35,189 nt of DNA from a virus, in UHGV virus genome UHGV-0070883, one strand, 5' to 3'. Below are positions 15,007 to 22,724 of this stretch, in pieces. The translations under genes and the position numbers were made by a program. Numbering within the stretch: the stretch's first letter is position 1; each line of letters begins with the position of its first letter. The notes beneath the pieces were generated by a model, which saw only the letters and a program-made list of their open reading frames with translations, was not told the DNA's origin and made no database searches.

Positions 15007-16140
15007 ATGCTGATCTGGGATGAAATCATTTATTCGGACGGGCTTCTGGGCATGCTCTACTCCCGCTTAATCGAAAGCGTCGCCATGCAGGGCTGGAAGA
15101 TTGACGCCGCGGACGCCAGCCCGGAGTCCCAGCGCCAGAAAAACGCCCTGGAAGAATTCTACCACTCCGTCAACGGGCTGCAGCAGTCTTTTGGACAGCT
15201 GGCTTCCGCCATGTTTTATGGATACGCCCACCTCCAATACATCGAGGATTCATGGGGCCGCCGATTTGAATTCATCCCGCAGCGCTATTGGGTGAGGCCG
15301 GGAGTGTTGAACGAGTGGCAGTTCAACCCACAGTGCTATATCGGCGTCGACACCGGGGAAAGCGTGGAAGACGAAACGCTCGTCGTGATGGAACACCAGT
15401 ATCCCATCCTGTTCCCGGCTGCCCGCGCTTCTTTTGAGCGCAACCACGCAAAAATCACGTGGGACAACCACATGGACCGCTACGGAAGCGCCCCGGTCAT
15501 CATCACCGCCCCCAAGGACGCGAGTCCCGCCGTCATGGACGCGCTGGAACGGGCCTGCGAACAGCTTAAATCAGGCGCCTCTATCGTGCTGCCTCCTGAC
15601 TGCAAGGCGGAACCGCTCAAGGCGTCCAACATCAACGAAAACTATTTTCTCTCGCGCATCAACATGGCCGACAAGGACCAGGTGCGTTTTGTGATGGCCG
15701 GAACCCTGACGGTCCTGAACGAATCAGGATCAGGCACGCTGGCCGGGTCCGCCCATACGGACAGCTGGAATGCGGTGGTATCCGCCGTCTGCTCCAAAGT
15801 GGCGGAAGCGTTCAACACCGCCATCAGCCCGCTTATATTGGGAGACGGCGAACCGCTGGCCCGCCTCCACATCACCTTTGACACCGTCCAGACGCCATTG
15901 CAGAAGGCCGAGGAAATCGCCGCCCTTGCGGACGGAGGCGTCCGTCCGGAGAAAACCGAAATCGAAGAAAAGATCGGCATGTCGATCGAGGACGCCAGGG
16001 AGCCCGTGCCGGCGGCGGCAGTCAACAGGGATGGCCCCGCATCCCTCATTCCGCCCGACGCCTACGAACAGCTGCAGCAGATGATTTACGACGGCCTCAT
16101 GAAAGGATTTACCGATGATCAGTTCCAGACAATTCAATGA
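15007..16140 (+). CDS. Portal protein. Coordinates are given from the first in-frame ATG after the tRNA. The track ORF 14689-16140 overlaps the tRNA, and the true start may be a non-canonical codon between 14757 and 15006
   Basis: Large ORF immediately after terL and before the prohead protease/scaffold gene, with a size appropriate for a portal. No motif-level confirmation is possible without tools. Confidence 0.5.
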   Translation: MLIWDEIIYSDGLLGMLYSRLIESVAMQGWKIDAADASPESQRQKNALEEFYHSVNGLQQSFGQLASAMFYGYAHLQYIEDSWGRRFEFIPQRYWVRPGVLNEWQFNPQCYIGVDTGESVEDETLVVMEHQYPILFPAARASFERNHAKITWDNHMDRYGSAPVIITAPKDASPAVMDALERACEQLKSGASIVLPPDCKAEPLKASNINENYFLSRINMADKDQVRFVMAGTLTVLNESGSGTLAGSAHTDSWNAVVSAVCSKVAEAFNTAISPLILGDGEPLARLHITFDTVQTPLQKAEEIAALADGGVRPEKTEIEEKIGMSIEDAREPVPAAAVNRDGPASLIPPDAYEQLQQMIYDGLMKGFTDDQFQTIQ

Positions 16141-17230
16141 CCTGTCCAGGCCCGCCAACGGCTGGTTCCACATTGAAAAAAGCGGAGACCATGACGTCGA
16201 CTACGGCGAAGGCCCCGCCGTGCTGCGCATCGACGAACACGCGATCAGGGACATGGTGGACGACTTCAACGCCCGCACCTTTGACGGCCCAGGCATGCTC
16301 ATCGACGGCGACCATCTGAGCCACGACCTTTCCCGCGATACGCGGGCGCTCGGATGGCTCAAAAGACTGGACACCTACCGAGACCCTTCCGGCACGCTCG
16401 AACTGTACGGGTTCATCGAATGGACTCCGCGCGGACTGAAGATGCTCGAGGACAAAGAATATACGCAATCCTCCACCGAATACGGCGACGGGATGTCCTT
16501 CAAAGACGGCGTTTACCGCCCGTCACGGCTGACCGGATTTGCTCTGACCAACCGACCCCGCATCAAGGGCAAGCGGCCGCTGGTCAATCGACAGACTTCC
16601 CCCGCCTCTGACGAGGCCGGGGGCGACACCAAAAGCCCCACCGAAGAGGGGGAAACAAACCAGAAAACCAATATGGACAACGACGATAGAGAATATCCGT
16701 CCAAGGAAATGGACAAGGCCCAGCGGGCCCTGTTTGATTCCCTGCTTGACAAGCTGGATGTCGAATTTGACGGCACCGACGACATGAGCAGGGCTATCCT
16801 CGGACGCCTTGACGAACTGCTCTCGCTGGAAAAGCGTGAGAAAGACCACGTGAACGCCGAAGTGGACGACGCCGTCAGCACGTACGAAAACGCGCTGGAC
16901 GAAGAAGAACGCGAGGAATTCACGGAAGAACGCCGGGAAGAGCTGAAAAACTCTCTCCGGGAAAGCCCCGCCGCGCTGGACGCCTTTGTCAGGGCTCTCA
17001 ACCGCCAGACTCAACCCAGGGACAAAGAGGAGACGGAAAAGAAAGAGCTGCCGAAAAGGCAGCCCCTGAACCGCCGCGCTACCCTCACGCCTCCCAACCC
17101 GTTCCGCAAGAAGGAATCCATCGACGGATTCCAAAACCGCGTGAACGAACTGATGAAGGGAGGCATGGAACGCTACGAAGCCTTCCAGAAAGCCACTGAG
17201 GAAGGATACATCGTCACCTCCGAACGCTAA
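16115..17230 (+). CDS. Mu gpI-like prohead protease/scaffold protein (COG4388-like)
   Basis: N-terminal FNDLSRPANGWFHIEKSGDH, then IDGDHLSHD...ALGWLKRL...GFIEWTPRGLKMLEDKEYTQSSTEY follows the remembered Mu I family pattern (FAN-GW, D-x-EH, GW, W-T-x-x-G, Y-x-SxE). The charged coiled-coil-like C-terminal half fits a scaffold. Confidence 0.55.
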   Translation: MISSRQFNDLSRPANGWFHIEKSGDHDVDYGEGPAVLRIDEHAIRDMVDDFNARTFDGPGMLIDGDHLSHDLSRDTRALGWLKRLDTYRDPSGTLELYGFIEWTPRGLKMLEDKEYTQSSTEYGDGMSFKDGVYRPSRLTGFALTNRPRIKGKRPLVNRQTSPASDEAGGDTKSPTEEGETNQKTNMDNDDREYPSKEMDKAQRALFDSLLDKLDVEFDGTDDMSRAILGRLDELLSLEKREKDHVNAEVDDAVSTYENALDEEEREEFTEERREELKNSLRESPAALDAFVRALNRQTQPRDKEETEKKELPKRQPLNRRATLTPPNPFRKKESIDGFQNRVNELMKGGMERYEAFQKATEEGYIVTSER

Positions 17231-17251
17231 CCATCAACCTGATCAAAACCA

Positions 17252-17683
17252 ATGCCATCAATCAACGTAACACAGAAAAGCGCCATCGTCTATTTCAACG
17301 CCCCGGAAGGCGTTGACCTGTGCGGACAGGAAGGAACCGTCGTGGCGCTGACCGCCAGTCCCGACATTCCTGAATTTGTAGGGACGCCGTTGTCCGCCAT
17401 TCCCACGCAGACGCAGCTGCTCGGCGTGGTTCTGCAGGGACAGCCCAACCAGGGGACCTGCGTGGCCGCCCTCGTCGGCATCTACTCCGGCTTGATTAAA
17501 GCCGCCTTGTCCGACACTCCCGGAACAATCAATGCCGGAACCCCCGTGACCATCACGGCCAACGGGACCTGGAAGGCCGCCGCCAGCGGCGACACCGTCT
17601 ACGCACGTGTCATTCACGCCCAGTGGGAACAGGGCCGTGTGGAAATCGGCTTTGTACCCTCCTACCAGGTCGCGGCAGCTTAA
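17252..17683 (+). CDS. Head decoration/cement protein (lambda D-like position; DUF2190-like)
   Basis: 143 aa, Gly/Ala/Val/Thr-rich, immediately upstream of the major capsid gene as in lambda D-E. Confidence 0.4.
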   Translation: MPSINVTQKSAIVYFNAPEGVDLCGQEGTVVALTASPDIPEFVGTPLSAIPTQTQLLGVVLQGQPNQGTCVAALVGIYSGLIKAALSDTPGTINAGTPVTITANGTWKAAASGDTVYARVIHAQWEQGRVEIGFVPSYQVAAA

Positions 17684-17905
17684 CTCTATTAACCCCAACC
17701 AACAGAAAGACCAAGAACAAGGGCTACTCCATTTTGCTCCGCCGTTCAGTTCACCGATGTCCTGACCTCCTATTCCGCGGGGTCCGGGAACACAGAAGAG
17801 AACTCCATCATCAGCCGCATCGCTCCGATCGTCCCGGTCTATGACCTGAATTTCCAGTACAAGGTCTGGGACACGGAATCGGCCTTCACCGTCCAGCCCA
17901 TCCAG

Positions 17906-18646
17906 GTGGGACCGGGCGAACCTCCCCGCCAGACCGTCCTGCGCGGAAGAAACGAAACCGACACCCTTCAGGGCTACGGCTTGACGCTGCCCATCCCTGA
18001 CGCCTTGCTGGGCGTCAACCGGGAAAAGGCGCAGGCCATCACCCTGGCGGAATACAAACTCATCGAATCCCAGTTTGTGACGTCGTACGAATACGAACGC
18101 GCCAAGCTTCTGATGAGCCAGCTTCCGGCCGCTTCCGGGATGGGTGACTGGGCCAACCAGCAGAAAAACCCGTTGGCGGATCTGGACCAGGCGATCCTGT
18201 CCATCAACGCCGCAACCGGACACATGCCGAACACGATTGTCTTCGGCATCAACGCGTGGCAGCTGCTTCGCTCCAACACGCTCGCGCGCCAGGTGGTTTC
18301 CTTCAACAGCGTCGGCCTGTTCAACGAAGACCTGCTTCGCATGGCTCTGATCCGGCCCATCCGGGATATTTACATCGCCTCCATGCCGTACCGCGACGCT
18401 TCCGGCGACGCGAAAACCATCATGGAAAACGAAGTCTATGTCCTGTACAAGGAAGACTCCCCGACGCAGTTCGACGCCTCCGCCGTCAAGACCTTCGGTC
18501 TTTCCGGCAAGCTTCGCCGCGAAGTCATCACCGAATACAAGCCGACGCCGGCCTTGACGCTCGTCACCAACCGCGTCTACTCGCTGACCAAGCTGACGAA
18601 CCCCAGCGCCATCGTCCGCATCGACGCGACGGCCTCCGCCGATTAA
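17906..18646 (+). CDS. Major capsid protein, lambda gpE family. The true N-terminus very probably lies upstream: the frame is open from 17693 and carries conserved sequence
   Basis: SGMGDWANQQKNPLADLDQAILSINAATGHMPNTIVFGINAWQLLRSN aligns with the lambda E block GTEWSKRDKSTYDPTDDIEAYALNASGVVNIIVFDPKGWALFRSF as I recall it. The upstream in-frame RIAPIVPVYD...AFTVQPIQVGPGE aligns with lambda YVSPIVSGEV...EFTPGYVKPKHE. Confidence 0.7.
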   Translation: MGPGEPPRQTVLRGRNETDTLQGYGLTLPIPDALLGVNREKAQAITLAEYKLIESQFVTSYEYERAKLLMSQLPAASGMGDWANQQKNPLADLDQAILSINAATGHMPNTIVFGINAWQLLRSNTLARQVVSFNSVGLFNEDLLRMALIRPIRDIYIASMPYRDASGDAKTIMENEVYVLYKEDSPTQFDASAVKTFGLSGKLRREVITEYKPTPALTLVTNRVYSLTKLTNPSAIVRIDATASAD

Positions 18647-18667
18647 CCCCCAACGTCCGCCTCCATC

Positions 18668-19144
18668 ATGTCCGCCTTTCCCGCGTGGTCCACGATTTCC
18701 ACCGATGAAGCTGATCGTCTGCTCGGCCTCAACACCGCCGAACGCGACGCCCTGGTGACCGCCGGGGAACAGCGCAGCCTGGACTACCGGGACGTCATGA
18801 TGGAGGCGGTCAACGATGTCTGCATGACCATCCGCGGGGCGCTGGCCAACAACCTCGCCCTGCGGCAATCCCTACAAAACAGCGGCATGTACGACATTCC
18901 GCAAAGCATGCGGTCCCTGGCATGGCCGCTGATTATCCGGCAGCTCTACCTGCGCTACCAGCTCAACCTGACCGAGACGCGCCAGAAGGCCGCCGAATCG
19001 GCGGACGCGATGCTGGCTCTCTATGCCCGGGGCGACATGCTGCCCGAAAGCGTGGACGGATCCGCTCCCGCGGCCCCCGCCTACATGATGCCGCGCTACA
19101 CGCGCCGGCCCTGGTTCAACCCGATGCGAAGCACCTACCGATGA
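18668..19144 (+). CDS. Hypothetical head-associated protein (158 aa)
   Basis: ORF between the capsid gene and the head-morphogenesis gene. ATGA overlap with the next gene. Confidence 0.5.
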   Translation: MSAFPAWSTISTDEADRLLGLNTAERDALVTAGEQRSLDYRDVMMEAVNDVCMTIRGALANNLALRQSLQNSGMYDIPQSMRSLAWPLIIRQLYLRYQLNLTETRQKAAESADAMLALYARGDMLPESVDGSAPAAPAYMMPRYTRRPWFNPMRSTYR

Positions 19145-20277
19145 TGACCGCCGCCCAGAGAGAGATGATCGCCAACGACTACGCCGAGCGCGCCTTTTTC
19201 GTGTCCGGCGTGGAACCCGGCGTCATCCTGTCCGATTTCGAGGACAAGGCCGCGAAAGTCGCATCCGGCGCCTTGAGCTACGAGGAAGCGCAGCAGGCCA
19301 TCCGCGAAACCCTGCGCCAGCAGGGCTACCGTCCCCCGGCGACGGGTCAGGGAGGCATTCGGGATTTGTCCTCCTGGGTCCGCATCCAGGTCGTGATGGA
19401 AACCAACGCGGCCATGGCTCACGGATACCGGAACTGGTACAACTGGACGCAGGATGAAGACACGGCCGCCTTCAAATTTTACCGCTCCCAGGGCAGGGAA
19501 GACCCGCGCTATTGGGCCGAACGCTGGAACCGGGCCAGAGCGGGGCTGGAAGAAGAAGCCACGGAGGCGGTATCCTCCGGATTCATCCGGGGCGAGACCG
19601 TCGGCTATGCCCTGGCGTCCTCCGATATCTGGATCCGTCTGTCGCGGTTCGGCACGCCTTACCCTCCCTTTGATTACTTGTCCGGAATGAACATTGCTCC
19701 CATCGGAGCCGAAGAAGCCCGCGCTGCCGGGCTGGACGTTTCCAGCGTCCGTCCCGCTCCGGCCAGCTTCAACGCCACACTGGAAAGCAATGCCCAGGGT
19801 GTGACGGAAGCCAACAAGAAGAAGATACGCGGCATCCTGAAAGACGCCCTGCGCGTCAGCAACGAAAGCGACGGCAATACCACCTTTGTCTATACCGACC
19901 CGAACGGCACGCGGCCTTACACGGACGCGGAACTGGCGGAACTCCTGTCCGGGGATTTCCCGGAAGAGATCCCCTTGCGGCAGGCCCAGGCCTTCCGCCT
20001 GGCGGCAGCCGGGGGAGCGGTGGCCGGAACGCTGGCATCCCTCTACCTGGACCGCCTGCTGGACCGCCTGTTTTCCGAACCGGAAGGCGTCTGGTTCGCC
20101 CGGCCCGCTGATGTGGCTGCCGCGTCGTCCCGCCAGTTCATCCCCGTCTCCCGGAAGGAAGAGGGGGAATTCACCTGGCGCCTTACCTCCGGGCACGTCA
20201 AAAAAGTGGAAGACGTCGCCGGAGCTCTCCGCGTGGAACTGCCTACCCCTTACGTTTTGCCCGTCAAATGGCTGTAA
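19141..20277 (+). CDS. Phage head morphogenesis protein, Mu F / SPP1 gp7-like domain (378 aa)
   Basis: IQVVMETNAAMAHGYRNWYNW resembles the Mu_F domain motif (R-T-E-x-N-x-A-x-N-x-G). The ATG at 19141 overlaps the upstream stop. The 451-aa track ORF from 18922 overlaps the previous gene. Confidence 0.4.
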   Translation: MMTAAQREMIANDYAERAFFVSGVEPGVILSDFEDKAAKVASGALSYEEAQQAIRETLRQQGYRPPATGQGGIRDLSSWVRIQVVMETNAAMAHGYRNWYNWTQDEDTAAFKFYRSQGREDPRYWAERWNRARAGLEEEATEAVSSGFIRGETVGYALASSDIWIRLSRFGTPYPPFDYLSGMNIAPIGAEEARAAGLDVSSVRPAPASFNATLESNAQGVTEANKKKIRGILKDALRVSNESDGNTTFVYTDPNGTRPYTDAELAELLSGDFPEEIPLRQAQAFRLAAAGGAVAGTLASLYLDRLLDRLFSEPEGVWFARPADVAAASSRQFIPVSRKEEGEFTWRLTSGHVKKVEDVAGALRVELPTPYVLPVKWL

Positions 20278-20933
20278 CCGTCCATATCGACCAGGCCGCG
20301 ATTGACCGGGCGTTTGCCGAGATGGAGCCGTCCGCGGCCCGGCACAAAACAGCCATCCGCAAAGCGGGCGTCGCCCTCAGCCTGCTTATTCAGGAAACCC
20401 TGCGCCAGCAGGGCAAGGACTACTACGACGGCGCGGCGGACGCCACCTCCATGGAAGAAACCGCCGAGGGCGTCAGCGTCTCCATCGCCTGGCGCGGCAT
20501 CGGCCTGCACTGGCTCGGCACGCAGGGCTATCTGGGCGGCCCGCTCCGGCCCACCGGGCGCACCTCGGAAATCACGGGGCAGCCGATCCAAAACCTCGCG
20601 ATTCCCACCATCAACGCCCCGCGCGGGCATGGAGGGGCCCGGAGCATTTACAGCGCCGGGTTCCGCAAAGACGATTTACAATTCATCCCGTCCAGAAACG
20701 GAGGACGCAACGGCAATGTGACCGGAGTCCTCATCCTCAAGACGGCGCAGTCGTCCACCGGAAAGAAAGCGGCCCGGAAGCTGTTCAGCAAAGGCGCCAG
20801 AACCGGGGACGTCCTCTACGTGCTGTGCCGCGAAGTCACAATCCCGCCCACGCCGGGGATTCTCCCGACGCTGGACCGGATGGCGCAGCGCGCCGCGGAA
20901 ACCTACCTCGCCAACATCGGAAACGAATCATGA
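20268..20933 (+). CDS. Hypothetical virion protein (221 aa), possibly head-tail joining
   Basis: ORF in the structural operon, coupled by overlapping stop/start codons. Confidence 0.5.
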   Translation: MAVTVHIDQAAIDRAFAEMEPSAARHKTAIRKAGVALSLLIQETLRQQGKDYYDGAADATSMEETAEGVSVSIAWRGIGLHWLGTQGYLGGPLRPTGRTSEITGQPIQNLAIPTINAPRGHGGARSIYSAGFRKDDLQFIPSRNGGRNGNVTGVLILKTAQSSTGKKAARKLFSKGARTGDVLYVLCREVTIPPTPGILPTLDRMAQRAAETYLANIGNES

Positions 20934-21442
20934 TCCCCTCCCTTGACCAAACCATGTGCCGGCGCATCATTGAGCGCCTGCAGAGCCTCGGAACATTGGA
21001 CTGCCATATCTTTGAGCGGCCCTTTGACCCCCAGTACGCCGCCAATGACATCATCATGTCGGCGATGGGCAACAACGGCGTGGTGCTGGTGTGTCCGGGA
21101 GACGCGGACGAATACCAGGACGGGCACGGGCAGACGGAAGCGCCGACCATGTGGCGGCAGTATTTCATCATTGCGGCCGTCTACCACAACGCGGCCCTGT
21201 TCCCCCCGGAATGCCTGACGCCCGACTACTACCTGCGGGCGGTAGGCGACGAAATTGAAGAAGCCCTGTGGAACTGGAACCCTTTCCCCTTTGCCGCGCC
21301 TGCGATGATGAAACCGAAAATCAAAGGCCGTTTTTCCTCTTCCGCCGTCATCGACGGCGAGAAGCGGCAAATGAACGTTTTGACCGTGGATTACCGCGTC
21401 CCGGTCAATATTAACATCAGAAACAACCCGCAATTCCAATGA
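20930..21442 (+). CDS. Hypothetical virion protein (170 aa)
   Basis: The ATG at 20930 overlaps the upstream stop. The track's 20825 start is in frame but overlaps the previous gene. Confidence 0.5.
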   Translation: MIPSLDQTMCRRIIERLQSLGTLDCHIFERPFDPQYAANDIIMSAMGNNGVVLVCPGDADEYQDGHGQTEAPTMWRQYFIIAAVYHNAALFPPECLTPDYYLRAVGDEIEEALWNWNPFPFAAPAMMKPKIKGRFSSSAVIDGEKRQMNVLTVDYRVPVNINIRNNPQFQ

Positions 21443-21747
21443 GCAGAAGAGCAACAACCAAGAAGAAGGACGCCAGGCAAGTCCCGGCGGAACCCGAATC
21501 AGCCGGGGCATCTCCGGATCAAACGCCGGCAACGCCGGACGAACTCCGGGAATCCGACGATGAACCATCGTCCACGCCCGACCAAACGCCGGCAACGCCC
21601 GGCAAGAAGACCGTCCGGGTTATTCGCACCCGTGAGGAACTGGACGGGGGGCTGGTCATCAGCCTCTCCATGAAAACCGATACTCCGGAACTTCCCGCGC
21701 CCGTCGCGGAAGCTCTGCAAACCCTCAACCTTGTTGACATCAAATGA
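21439..21747 (+). CDS. Acidic Pro/Thr-rich protein with an internal 21-residue repeat (102 aa)
   Basis: SPDQTPATPDE and TPDQTPATPGK are encoded by a direct DNA repeat, 21520-21536 and 21583-21599. Confidence 0.5.
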   Translation: MSRRATTKKKDARQVPAEPESAGASPDQTPATPDELRESDDEPSSTPDQTPATPGKKTVRVIRTREELDGGLVISLSMKTDTPELPAPVAEALQTLNLVDIK

Positions 21748-21941
21748 GCAAAGCAACTGCCGCCAATACCGAACCGGACAAAAAGACGGAGCAGGCCGCC
21801 GTCATTAACACGAAAATCCGTTTTCTTGCCAGGAAAACCCACATAGGGCGTTCAACGTTCTTGAAAGGGGCGGAAATCCGTGTTACGAAAGAACTCGCCG
21901 ACAAACTGGAAGCCGACGGCAAGGCAGCCATTATCTACTAA
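21744..21941 (+). CDS. Hypothetical small protein (65 aa)
   Basis: ORF with ATGA coupling to the upstream gene. Confidence 0.4.
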   Translation: MSKATAANTEPDKKTEQAAVINTKIRFLARKTHIGRSTFLKGAEIRVTKELADKLEADGKAAIIY

Positions 21942-21995
21942 CTTTTTTCAAGCATCAGGGCTACTACATACGATCCTATCTTTACCAACCGCAAC

Positions 21996-22607
21996 GTGAC
22001 GCCGCAGATTACCGGCGTTCTGGCTATTTTCCTCCCCGACGGCATCAAGGTGACCGAGGACGAGGGAGCCTCTTACGTTACCGGCCCCGGCCAATATCCC
22101 GAACCTCCCGCCAATCCTCCGGCCGATCCGACAGCCGGGCCCGAAGCGCCTTGGGTGAGTTTCGGGCTGCTGGGCGCGTTCCAGTCCGTTGCCACGCAGG
22201 TCGAGGGGGAAGTGACGCGCTTTTACGGAGGCAATCTTGGCTACCGGCAGCAGCGCAAGAACACGACGACCGGCAAGCGGATGACTTTCACCACGCCGGA
22301 TATGTCGCCCGAATACTTCCAGCTGGCGTTTGCCCTGGGGGCGGCTCCCGCCAACGGCGAGGAATCGACCACCGTCGGCCATGGCGGCGATAATAAAATC
22401 TCGGGCCATATCCGTTTCTGGTATCAGAACGATGTAGGGACAGTCTACTTGACTGGCGTGGCTCACGGGGAGCTGCGTTTGCTGCAGGACCCCGAACACA
22501 CCACGGCGATCGCTTCACCCCAGTTCGAGTTTGAAATGGATTATCGCGGCGACTACAACTTTACGCCCTCCAATGTGCAGGACGTGACCACGACGCCGGG
22601 TCCCTGA
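21996..22607 (+). CDS. Virion structural protein (203 aa; possible tail component), GTG start
   Basis: ORF. The frame is open upstream to 21942 but has no ATG. Confidence 0.45.
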   Translation: MTPQITGVLAIFLPDGIKVTEDEGASYVTGPGQYPEPPANPPADPTAGPEAPWVSFGLLGAFQSVATQVEGEVTRFYGGNLGYRQQRKNTTTGKRMTFTTPDMSPEYFQLAFALGAAPANGEESTTVGHGGDNKISGHIRFWYQNDVGTVYLTGVAHGELRLLQDPEHTTAIASPQFEFEMDYRGDYNFTPSNVQDVTTTPGP

Positions 22608-22724
22608 CGTGTTTCACCAGGGGGCGGATGACGCCCCCGCATCCTTGTTTTTTTCAGGCAGCAGGCAGGTAAATATGATATCAGGACCGTCACGGGGCTG
22701 AACCAGTCCCTGGTCGTCCGCGTC

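Noticed and set aside
12659-18646. Stop-codon reassignment (alternative genetic code) as an explanation for same-frame gene pairs (terS/terL, D/E) and the missing start codons.
   Set aside because: The intervening stops are TAA, which is not reassigned in known bacterial or phage codes. Large proteins such as TerL, the fibre, the TMP and the tail proteins read through intact under the standard code, with conserved motifs.
17258-18868. 536-aa ORF on the - strand overlapping the decoration and capsid genes. Similar long antisense ORFs lie at 12806-13762, 19135-20196, 10658-11518, 6332-7099, 24575-25249, 20903-21595 and 32916-33623.
   Set aside because: All lie antisense to genes with clear family motifs (TerL Walker A, lambda E-like capsid, RecT/YqaJ and others). 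Their products are Arg/Gly/Pro-rich low-complexity sequence, as expected from high-GC DNA with few stop codons. No independent start or coupling signals were seen.
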